A stretch of 61,990 nt of DNA, the filler included, from Limisphaerales bacterium (GTDB lineage: Bacteria > Verrucomicrobiota > Verrucomicrobiia > Limisphaerales > SIBE01): NCBI GenBank assembly GCA_044225505.1. It is 7 parts of 7 records of this genome, joined end to end, with 100 filler letters (N's around TTAATTAATTAA, not from the genome) between each part and the next. Parts side by side here need not be neighbours in the genome. Positions count along the whole stretch, not along the records: positions 38,417 to 47,801 come from JBGAIN010000241.1; positions 47,902 to 57,281 come from JBGAIN010000242.1; 5 more parts are not named here. The stretch is one strand, 5' to 3'. Each line of letters opens with the position of its first letter. The first letter of the stretch is position 1. The translations under genes and the position numbers were made by a program. The notes below the pieces were generated by a model. That model worked only from the letters and a program-made list of their open reading frames with translations, had not been told where the DNA came from and searched no databases. Below, one piece after another: positions 40,678-48,300 of the stretch.

Positions 40678-41163
40678 ATGTCTCTGCCAACCACGACCCC
40701 TGCTCTAGGAGATGTTTTTGAAACGGCGCTCTACGTAAGCGACCTGGCAGCTGCTGAGTTGTTCTACGGCGGCGTCTTAGGTCTCCCCAAGGTATTTGCC
40801 GATCTGGGACGTCAACTGGTCTTTCGCGCAGGAAACAGCTACGTCTTGATTTTTGATCCGGACAGCACAGAGGCGGAGCGAATCGTCATCAATGGATCTC
40901 CCATCCCTCTCCATGGGTGCCGCGGCATGGGCCATCTCGCTTGGCGTATCGCCAAGGAAGGCTTCGGCCCGTGGCGTGAACGTCTGCGCCGTGCTTCCGT
41001 CGAGATCGAGTCAGAGGTGACGTGGCCGAATGGAGCGCATTCGCTCTACTTCCGCGATCCATTCGGAAACTCTCTCGAACTGGCGACCCCAACCCTGTGG
41101 GAAACGCCGAGTCTGTCCGCCGCACCACCACCACCACCGGCCTCGTCCACAAAAGGTGGCTGA
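40678..41163 (+). CDS. VOC/glyoxalase family protein
   Basis: ETALYVSDL..AELFY, HG..G.GHLA and SLYFRDPFGNSLELA. Confidence 0.88.
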   Translation: MSLPTTTPALGDVFETALYVSDLAAAELFYGGVLGLPKVFADLGRQLVFRAGNSYVLIFDPDSTEAERIVINGSPIPLHGCRGMGHLAWRIAKEGFGPWRERLRRASVEIESEVTWPNGAHSLYFRDPFGNSLELATPTLWETPSLSAAPPPPPASSTKGG

Positions 41164-41194
41164 CTGGCCACCGGAACAGCGTCTTGCCCGGGCG

Positions 41195-42178
41195 TTACCG
41201 GGTTTCTTGTCTGGCTAAGACCGCACCGCCAGTGATAGCCGCATTGTCGCCAAGGCTCGAAGCAATGATTTCGACGTCCTTGGCCGTTCCTGGCATCGCG
41301 TAATCGCGAGCTGTCTCGATAATGACCGACATCATCTCATCGGCCAGGGCTTCAATCACTCCCCCCCCCAACACAACCATTTCCGGATTGAAAATGTTGA
41401 GTAAATTACCGACCGCGATCCCGGTGTACTCCGCGGCGTCTTCCACCACGGAATCGACGAACTTATCCCCTCGACGGATCGCCTTGCGCAAATCCCCGCT
41501 GCGCAAATCCTGGAGGTTGTCTCCAAGCATTTCCGTCAACACGGTTTTTTGCCCATTCTTTACACCCGCCTTGATGCGTTGAAAAATTGCCGTTCGACTG
41601 GCCAAGGCCTCAAAGCAGCCCTTGTTCCCACATCCACACTTTGGACCGTCCACATCCAAAACCATGTGACCAATCTCGCCGGCCGTGTGCTGCGCTCCGT
41701 GGTAGGGTTTGCCACCGATAATGATCCCTCCGCCAATGCCTGTCCCGAGGAAAATTCCCACCACATGCTGCGGTTTGGATTTAAGTTCAGCCACGTAGAT
41801 TCCCTGCATGGCCACGGTGCAGTCGTTCCCAACGAACACGGGAATGCCGACCTCTTTTTCGAGCTGCTTCTTGAGTGGGACGTCTTTCCATTCCAGGTTC
41901 GGTGCGAAAATCACATCCCCGGTTTTTCCATCCACTGCGCCGGGAGCCCCAATGCCAATGCCGCGAATCTGCTTTGGATCCAGATCGGCTTCGTCGATCG
42001 CGTCGCGGACACAGCGCGCGACACGCTCGATAACTGCGTCTGAGCCGCGCTGCGGCTTGGTGCTGACTTTTGCGACGCCAGCGCATTCCAGCGAGGAGTG
42101 GAAGACCCCGGCTAGGATCTTCGTCCCGCCCAAGTCCACGCCGACCACATACTCCGCTTTGTTGCTCGATTCAGCCAT
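41195..42178 (-). CDS. ROK family sugar kinase (glucokinase-like)
   Basis: GVDLGGTKI, GIGAPG, GNDC, GTGIGGG and GEIGH..CGCGNKGCFEA. Confidence 0.92.
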   Translation of the reverse strand: MAESSNKAEYVVGVDLGGTKILAGVFHSSLECAGVAKVSTKPQRGSDAVIERVARCVRDAIDEADLDPKQIRGIGIGAPGAVDGKTGDVIFAPNLEWKDVPLKKQLEKEVGIPVFVGNDCTVAMQGIYVAELKSKPQHVVGIFLGTGIGGGIIIGGKPYHGAQHTAGEIGHMVLDVDGPKCGCGNKGCFEALASRTAIFQRIKAGVKNGQKTVLTEMLGDNLQDLRSGDLRKAIRRGDKFVDSVVEDAAEYTGIAVGNLLNIFNPEMVVLGGGVIEALADEMMSVIIETARDYAMPGTAKDVEIIASSLGDNAAITGGAVLARQETR

Positions 42179-42239
42179 GGGTTAGGGTGGGTTGCACGGC
42201 ATTGTTGTCTGGCTAAACGCGGTTGGTTAATGGGGTTGC

Positions 42240-42968
42240 TTACTTGTGCGCGAGCACTGCCGCAATCTTCTTTTGCAGTTCAACGTTAATCGCATCGACA
42301 GACCTGTTCCCATCGACGATCGTAAAACCATACGAACTTTGGAGCTGCTTGAAGACCTTTTGCACCTCCGCTTGATAACGCAAAAAGCTATCGAACATAT
42401 CCCGAGAAAACCCGAGATCCATTCCGCTCTCCCAATAATCAAGTGAGGCGTTCTTGGCAAACGTCCTTTGCACCAGTTCCTGCGGAGAGACATTGAGATA
42501 AAACACCGCGTCGGGCTGCAGAGCGATTCCGTAAAGATTTCGGAGCCATGGCTCTTCGATGCCCCGCACCATGTCCCGGGCCATCAGAGTGTAAATATAA
42601 CGGTCGGCCAAAACGATCAATCCTGCCTTTAAGGCCGGCAGAATAATGTTCTCCAGTTGATCTGCGAAATCCGTTGCGTAGAACAAGCTCAGGGTAATTC
42701 GACTGAGAATATTGCCTTGCTGTGCGCGGTCCAGTTCTTCGCTCACCAAGGTCGATCGTTTTAATCCGACCTGCGTTGTGGCGTAGCCGCAACCCTCCAG
42801 CCATTCCCCCAACCGGCTGATCTGAGTAGACCGGCCCGAGCCGTCAGCGCCTTCCACCACAATGAGCTTCCCGAGCAGCTTCTCACTCAACACCCCGGGA
42901 ATGCCATGCCCATAGAAACGCTTCTCCGACGCTTCCGCCTGTGTGCGACGAGCATTCGCGCGTTTCAC
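42240..42968 (-). CDS. Thymidylate kinase-like protein, subunit B (Walker A GADGSGRST)
   Basis: LIVVEGADGSGRSTQ, ATDFADQLE, LADRYIYT, PDAVFYL and YWESGMDL. The GTG start overlaps the upstream TGA. Confidence 0.88.
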   Translation of the reverse strand: MKRANARRTQAEASEKRFYGHGIPGVLSEKLLGKLIVVEGADGSGRSTQISRLGEWLEGCGYATTQVGLKRSTLVSEELDRAQQGNILSRITLSLFYATDFADQLENIILPALKAGLIVLADRYIYTLMARDMVRGIEEPWLRNLYGIALQPDAVFYLNVSPQELVQRTFAKNASLDYWESGMDLGFSRDMFDSFLRYQAEVQKVFKQLQSSYGFTIVDGNRSVDAINVELQKKIAAVLAHK

Positions 42969-43720
42969 GCCTCCACCTCCACGTCCTTGACAGCCGACTT
43001 CCGACTGGACAGAGACAAGTGTCGTCCGTTGCCGTCGCTTTCGTCTCGCTTGAAATGGCTCAAATCCAGGCGTTGCATGACGAGCTCCCGCACGATCTTC
43101 TGTTGCGCTTCCACACGCTGGTTGGCGTCCATCACTAAGAAATTAAATTCCGTGCTCATCGCCAAATACTGCTCCAAAAGTCGGCCCTGGAAGATCCGAA
43201 AGCTCTCCCGCGGATCGCTGGAGAGGTGCAAGTCCATGCCCGCTTCGAAATACTTCAATTGTGGCCGTCCATCCAGGATCCGCTGCAATGAGACTTCAAG
43301 GTCGGCCTTGAAGAAGAACGTCAAATCGGGCAATGCCGCGAAACTGTAGATTCCGCGAACCCAGTCCGGCGGACATCCACGAACGATATCTCGTGCGTAA
43401 GCAGTGAAGATATATCGGTCGCAAAGGACCAGGTATCCAGCGCGAACTAACGGGACAAGCTGCCGTTCGTAGCGATCCGCAAAATCCGTCGCGTGGATGA
43501 GGCTGAACGTTGTCGGGGTCAACAATTCCTTGCTCTTGCCTTTGCTGGTCGCGCTCTTGACCAGAACCGATGAGTTCCATTCGCTGAAGAAGACTTTCGC
43601 TCCCTGAAGCTCCAACCAGCGCTTTAACAGGTGAATCTGAGTCGATTTTCCCGATCCGTCCAACCCCTCGACAGCAATCAGGCGGCCGGGAAAGTTTAGC
43701 TGCGCGAACGTTTTGGTCAT
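42965..43720 (-). CDS. Thymidylate kinase-like protein, subunit A (Walker A GLDGSGKST)
   Basis: LIAVEGLDGSGKSTQ, SEWNSS, ATDFADRYE, LCDRYIFT, PDLTFFF and YFEAGMDL. Confidence 0.88.
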   Translation of the reverse strand: MTKTFAQLNFPGRLIAVEGLDGSGKSTQIHLLKRWLELQGAKVFFSEWNSSVLVKSATSKGKSKELLTPTTFSLIHATDFADRYERQLVPLVRAGYLVLCDRYIFTAYARDIVRGCPPDWVRGIYSFAALPDLTFFFKADLEVSLQRILDGRPQLKYFEAGMDLHLSSDPRESFRIFQGRLLEQYLAMSTEFNFLVMDANQRVEAQQKIVRELVMQRLDLSHFKRDESDGNGRHLSLSSRKSAVKDVEVEA

Positions 43721-43809
43721 TTGCGACTCAAAGCTACGAAGCGCCCCCGCAGAAAACAACTTTAATTCCAGCGGGAGGAGTGCATCCCGCACCGCTCTTG
43801 GCCCTGACT

Positions 43810-45033
43810 TTAGCGGAAGATTCGCTCCGCGCCGTGCGAACGGTAGGGATTCATTCCCGGCACAAAGAAGCGGGATTTGCCGCGGGCTTTGGCCTCGAAA
43901 TCGTATTGGAAGAGGAAGGCCACCTGGTCCGAACCACGTCCATGCGTCCGCATTGCCTCGAAACCATGCCCGTAAAGCACGCTCGCCAGCCAAGAACCCG
44001 TCGGCGAGATGTAGGTAATCCCCCCGCCAACCCCCGAGTGCCAGTCTCCCGCCTGCTGCTGACCCGCGAGATAATCCACCCAGGCAGTAGCCGCCACCAG
44101 ATCGATTCTCCAGTTCTTGGACGGCATGAGGGGGAATGAATACTGCCCGTTGAGGAGAGCAAATCGCTTGGCCGAGACTTCCTGAAAATAATAGCCTGGG
44201 ATGCTCAGCGGAAATTCCGAGGAGAAAGGCAGGATACCCCCCAGACGATAGGCACTAAACCGATCCGCTTCCCAGCTCGTGCCCGTGGTCAGGCTCCCTG
44301 CGATCATATGCTCACTTGGATGTAGGGCATATTTCACCAGGGCTCTTCCCCAGAGCAGTTGGGATTGACCTTCGACCTGGCGGTCTTCCTGGAAACCGTA
44401 ACGCCCAGAATCCATCCGGATTTGGGCCTCATGCCACACTGACAACTCCATCGCGACAGGCTCTGTCATACTCGGTTCCTGACCGCCGAAGCGCAACCCG
44501 CTACGGAAATGCAACGTCGTTCGATCATCCGGCAGCTCAAAGGCATCGTCCGTCTCACTCTCACGCCGGTAAAAGCTCTGATGAGCGCCCGCCCGTAACA
44601 CTAGGTAAAGCGGGATCAACGAGTCGGGATTGAAGCGATGGTAAAGACTGGTGGAGAGTTCCGCGCTATCTCCAAGAAAGGACTCCTCTCTTCGGAATGT
44701 GCCGTGCACAATTTCGGCGTAGCTATCGGCAAATCCCCCTCCAGCCATTCCAACGGCTAAATCCGTATTCTGGCCGATCAATCCGCTAAACCCGAGTTCA
44801 GCATCCAGATAGATAGGAGCAACAGCCAACCGCAAGGTCAAATTCGTGGCATAAAACTGGGGCTGATTATGATAATAAAAGCCGTAGGCAGCAATTGGAG
44901 CACGCCCTTGGATCGGCTGGTTATAGCCGACTTGGATCAGGCGTCTTTGTTCGGGGTCTATCTGCGCGTACGCACGGCTTTGCGCCATCGTTACCAGCAC
45001 AACCAAAAGCCATCCCCACTTTCCTGGAAGCAT
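43810..45033 (-). CDS. Putative outer-membrane beta-barrel protein
   Basis: Signal peptide (..QSRAYA), many alternating aromatic/hydrophobic strands, and a last strand QVAFLFQYDF followed by a short tail. Confidence 0.65.
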   Translation of the reverse strand: MLPGKWGWLLVVLVTMAQSRAYAQIDPEQRRLIQVGYNQPIQGRAPIAAYGFYYHNQPQFYATNLTLRLAVAPIYLDAELGFSGLIGQNTDLAVGMAGGGFADSYAEIVHGTFRREESFLGDSAELSTSLYHRFNPDSLIPLYLVLRAGAHQSFYRRESETDDAFELPDDRTTLHFRSGLRFGGQEPSMTEPVAMELSVWHEAQIRMDSGRYGFQEDRQVEGQSQLLWGRALVKYALHPSEHMIAGSLTTGTSWEADRFSAYRLGGILPFSSEFPLSIPGYYFQEVSAKRFALLNGQYSFPLMPSKNWRIDLVAATAWVDYLAGQQQAGDWHSGVGGGITYISPTGSWLASVLYGHGFEAMRTHGRGSDQVAFLFQYDFEAKARGKSRFFVPGMNPYRSHGAERIFR

Positions 45034-45116
45034 CCTCAGAAGTATAGGAATCGAGCGGCAGCCAGCAAGCGGATTTCGGCGATTGCCTTGAACGCATCCC
45101 GGATTATTGTCACTCA

Positions 45117-45524
45117 ATGAAAACGGCACGAAAGCTACTGCACACTCGTTACCGGGTGAATGATCTGGAAAAGACGGTCCAGTTCTACAAGAACGTCCTG
45201 GGTCTAACCGAGGTCCGGCGTCACAAATCGCCACGGGGATCGGAATTGGTCTTCATGAAAGCTCCAGAGAGCGAAGAACTCATTGAACTGTGTTGTTTTC
45301 CGCAAAGCGGCCCAGTCCAAGTCCAAGCGGACCTGACTCATCTAGCCTTTGAAGTCGACAGCCTGGAAGACTTTGGCCAACACCTGGCGAGCCTAGGATA
45401 CCGGTATTCTGACGGGCCGCACCTTCGCGACAATGGCAGTGGTTTCGCGTTTGTCGATGCCCCTGAGGGCTATGAAATTGAAATCATGCAACGCGCCAAA
45501 GAGATGATTCAAAGCCTATCGTAG
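45117..45524 (+). CDS. VOC family protein (lactoylglutathione lyase-like)
   Basis: LLHTRYRVNDLEKTVQFY, HLAFEVD and FVDAPEGYEIE. Confidence 0.88.
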   Translation: MKTARKLLHTRYRVNDLEKTVQFYKNVLGLTEVRRHKSPRGSELVFMKAPESEELIELCCFPQSGPVQVQADLTHLAFEVDSLEDFGQHLASLGYRYSDGPHLRDNGSGFAFVDAPEGYEIEIMQRAKEMIQSLS

Positions 45525-45639
45525 GTGAAGGAACCTCGATGCCGGACGCAGGCGTTGGTCCGTCCACAGGCCAACGAGCATCGGTTGCCGGCATTCATTG
45601 CGGGTGAGGCGCGCCAGGTCGCGGCCACGTTTTTCCACC

Positions 45640-46404
45640 TCAAGGATCCCCTATAACACGGCATCCCACTCTCACAGATTCTGTCCGCCGGGCTGCGAAG
45701 CCATGGCTGAACCACCCAGCTTCGAATTCCTCCAACCGCCAAGCTCCCTGGTCTTGCCACAGGTCGGAGATCTCGTGTCCGCGAAATCCAGCCATGACAC
45801 TTGCGACCGCATCATGCCTTGTCACGGCATTACAGCCCAAAAACCAAACGAGCGATCCGGCTAGAGTCGGATATGGGAATCTCTTGGGTTCGCAAGCGGC
45901 AAACGCAGGGGACTTGCGAGAGACCAACCCTAACAACGCTTGCAGATCGGCGTTCGTGAAATGATGCAGGAAAAGGTTTGCCACGAGAAGATCCACGGAT
46001 GAAGGACGCGACAACCACTCGATCGCATCAGCCTGCACAACCGTGGCCGTCCACCCCAATTCTTGAAACTCCGCGATGGTCTGCGACGTAACAAGACTCA
46101 GGCGATCGACCATCTGTAACTCGACACCTGCCCATCTTGGAGCGAGCTTGCGCGCGACCTGCAACATGAATCGACCGTCGCCAGCGCCGATCTCCGCCAT
46201 CAATTTCGGAGGGCGCAATCCCATGGATCCAATGAGTTGCAGCATGTGGTCTGCGTTCCGCATCCAAGCGTTGACCCGCTGCAAGTCGCGTCGTGAGCGC
46301 TGCGCCCGAGGATCGCTTTCCGGCAGATGGTCGAGCAACTCCGGAACAAGCGAACGCAGCGAAGAGGTTGTGCCGGGCGAGAGTTTGGATGGCGCAAGAC
46401 CCAT
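45640..46404 (-). CDS. SAM-dependent methyltransferase (type III PKS-associated)
   Basis: ELLD..DLQRVN, EIGAGDG, ANLFLHHF and TRHDA..SV.AGF. Confidence 0.85.
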   Translation of the reverse strand: MGLAPSKLSPGTTSSLRSLVPELLDHLPESDPRAQRSRRDLQRVNAWMRNADHMLQLIGSMGLRPPKLMAEIGAGDGRFMLQVARKLAPRWAGVELQMVDRLSLVTSQTIAEFQELGWTATVVQADAIEWLSRPSSVDLLVANLFLHHFTNADLQALLGLVSRKSPAFAACEPKRFPYPTLAGSLVWFLGCNAVTRHDAVASVMAGFRGHEISDLWQDQGAWRLEEFEAGWFSHGFAARRTESVRVGCRVIGDP

Positions 46405-46410
46405 AGGCCC

Positions 46411-47469
46411 TCATTCCACCTCAAGAAACGCGCCATGACAACTGAACCCTGCACCGAAAGACGACATCCACCAGAGACCTCCGGTCGCCGCACCGCGCAA
46501 GGCCGCATCCAACACGAAGTACACGCACGGGCTGCTCAGATTGCCGAATTCCCGAAGCACCTCCCTGCTCCACCTAAGATCCTCCTCCTCCAGTCCCAAA
46601 GCGGCCCGAACTTCCGTAAGAATGCTCCGCCCCCCGGAATGTAAAATCCATTCGCGAATCGCGTCGCGACCGAAGCCAGTCAAGCTGAGTTGCTCGGACA
46701 GAGTTCGTTCCACAGCCTGTCCCGCAAGTTCGGGCACTACTCTCGCCAGGATATTGCGAAGCATTCCGTGGCGTTGCTCGAAGCGCAGCAGATCGCGACT
46801 CTCCGGCCGCAACACCGTATGAGCTGCGAGCCATTGAATCCGTCGTTGCTTCAGCGCAGGATTACTTGAAAGCACCATCGCAGCGGCTCCGTCCCCGAAC
46901 AGGCAAGCACTCACGATCACTCCGGGGTCGTTGTCGATGTAGAACGCAGCGCTACAAACCTCAACACATATAGACAGGACTTTGCCAGCGCGTCCGGAAG
47001 CGAGAAGGGCTTCTCCCGCGCGCAAATTGGGAATAGCCGCTCCGCAACCCTGTCCGACCAAATCCAATAACAGCACGTTCGGCCTCAAGCCAAGGGACTG
47101 GCTGACGTAGCTAGTCAACCCAGGACACAAGTAGCCAGTGCAGCTGCTAATGATCAAAGCATCAATTTCAGAAGGGGATATCATTCCTTCCTGCAGAGCG
47201 TTTACGCCGGCTTGCTTAGCCAAGATTGGGGCATGACGAGCATAACGTTCATGCAAAGAGTCAGGATTCAGCTCAAAAGCATCGCCAATCGAATCCAAGG
47301 CCAAATAACGCGTTTCAATCCCGTTGTCCCCTAGAAGCACCTTTCGAAGAAGCGATTGGGCCCTTGGCTGAAGTTCTTTAACGACTGTTTGCTCGCGCAC
47401 CGTTTCCCAACACTCTCGCTGGGTGTAACGCACGGCTGGAACGGCCCTCCCGACCCCCAATATGAACAT
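46411..47469 (-). CDS. Type III polyketide synthase (chalcone/stilbene synthase family)
   Basis: SSCTGYLCPGL, catalytic Cys GQGCGAA, VEVCS, LFGDGAAA, His ILHSGG, Asn FGNLSS and FGAGFS. Confidence 0.93.
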   Translation of the reverse strand: MFILGVGRAVPAVRYTQRECWETVREQTVVKELQPRAQSLLRKVLLGDNGIETRYLALDSIGDAFELNPDSLHERYARHAPILAKQAGVNALQEGMISPSEIDALIISSCTGYLCPGLTSYVSQSLGLRPNVLLLDLVGQGCGAAIPNLRAGEALLASGRAGKVLSICVEVCSAAFYIDNDPGVIVSACLFGDGAAAMVLSSNPALKQRRIQWLAAHTVLRPESRDLLRFEQRHGMLRNILARVVPELAGQAVERTLSEQLSLTGFGRDAIREWILHSGGRSILTEVRAALGLEEEDLRWSREVLREFGNLSSPCVYFVLDAALRGAATGGLWWMSSFGAGFSCHGAFLEVE

Positions 47470-47630
47470 CGCGGAAGCTAACTCACAATTTCTGCGTGTG
47501 CGAGACACCCGACCCGAGATTCCGGGTAAGCACTGATTCGGGCTGAAAACAAGATAGAAAACAACCCTGTTGAAGATCGCAGTTCATGGAGGACACCAGG
47601 CGGCGCCACAGGGATTATGTGAGAAGGATT

Positions 47631-47675
47631 AAAAGCAAACGAGCTGAGGACCCGTGAAGGAGCTCAGCTCGTTTG
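47631..47675 (-). terminator. Rho-independent terminator downstream of 5S rRNA
   Basis: Inverted repeat caaacgagctgag..ctcagctcgtttg, followed by CTTTT on the minus strand. Confidence 0.7.
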
Positions 47676-47683
47676 AGGAAAGA

Positions 47684-47798
47684 TCTGGCGACAACCTACT
47701 CTCGCGGAAGCTATACAGCCACTACCATCGGCAAGACTGTGTTTGACGGCCGTGTTCGGGATGGGAACGGGTCGGGCCACAGCTTTATGGTCACCAAA
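47684..47798 (-). rRNA. rrf: 5S ribosomal RNA (likely the end of an rrn operon cut at the contig end)
   Basis: The reverse complement contains TGGTGACC..ACCCGTTCCCATCCCGAACACGGCCGTCAA..GCCGATGGTAGT..GAGAGTAGGTTGTCGCCAG. Confidence 0.96.
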
Positions 47799-47801
47799 AA
47801 A

Positions 47802-47901
47802 NNNNNNNNNNNNNNNNNNNNNNNNNNNNNNNNNNNNNNNNNNNNTTAATTAATTAANNNNNNNNNNNNNNNNNNNNNNNNNNNNNNNNNNNNNNNNNNN
47901 N
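47802..47901. other. Artificial contig spacer
   Basis: N44-TTAATTAATTAA-N44. Confidence 0.99.
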
Positions 47902-47983
47902 GTTAAAACGCCGAGCTATTCTCGAGTTGCCCCATCCGGGGCGCCAGGAGGCAATTACCGAATGGCATTAGGATAAATCCCGC
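47902..47983. repeat. Second, partial copy of the MITE/REP-like element
   Basis: Bases 47902-47974 are identical to 9597-9669 and run into GGATAAATCCCGC. Confidence 0.85.
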
Positions 47984-48300
47984 GATCGTGGTGGGACTGT
48001 CAAGATACGCCCTGACTCAGACGAAGTCTGTCTTCGTCCTTGTGATGGCTATAGCGGTACTGTAATGTTGGCCGAAGATTATTCCGAGCCTTGCTTGGAA
48101 GCCAAGGGTCCGAGGGATTCCTACTCTCGGAGGCCAACGAGGATGGTCGGGCCGCCATCCCACCAACAGAAGAACCTGGCGGCGACCGATTTGCCGAAGT
48201 CGTGGGGGCATTTTGCGTTCTGATTGCGGAAACGCGCGCGAAGCCTGCACGTCAGTCGGGTCAAAAACGTAAGTCGCAGCCGGTGGGACCAAGAGAGCGA

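Noticed and set aside
41123..41139. (CCA)n run as a phase-variable repeat
   Set aside because: Short in-frame poly-Pro in a disordered C-terminal tail.
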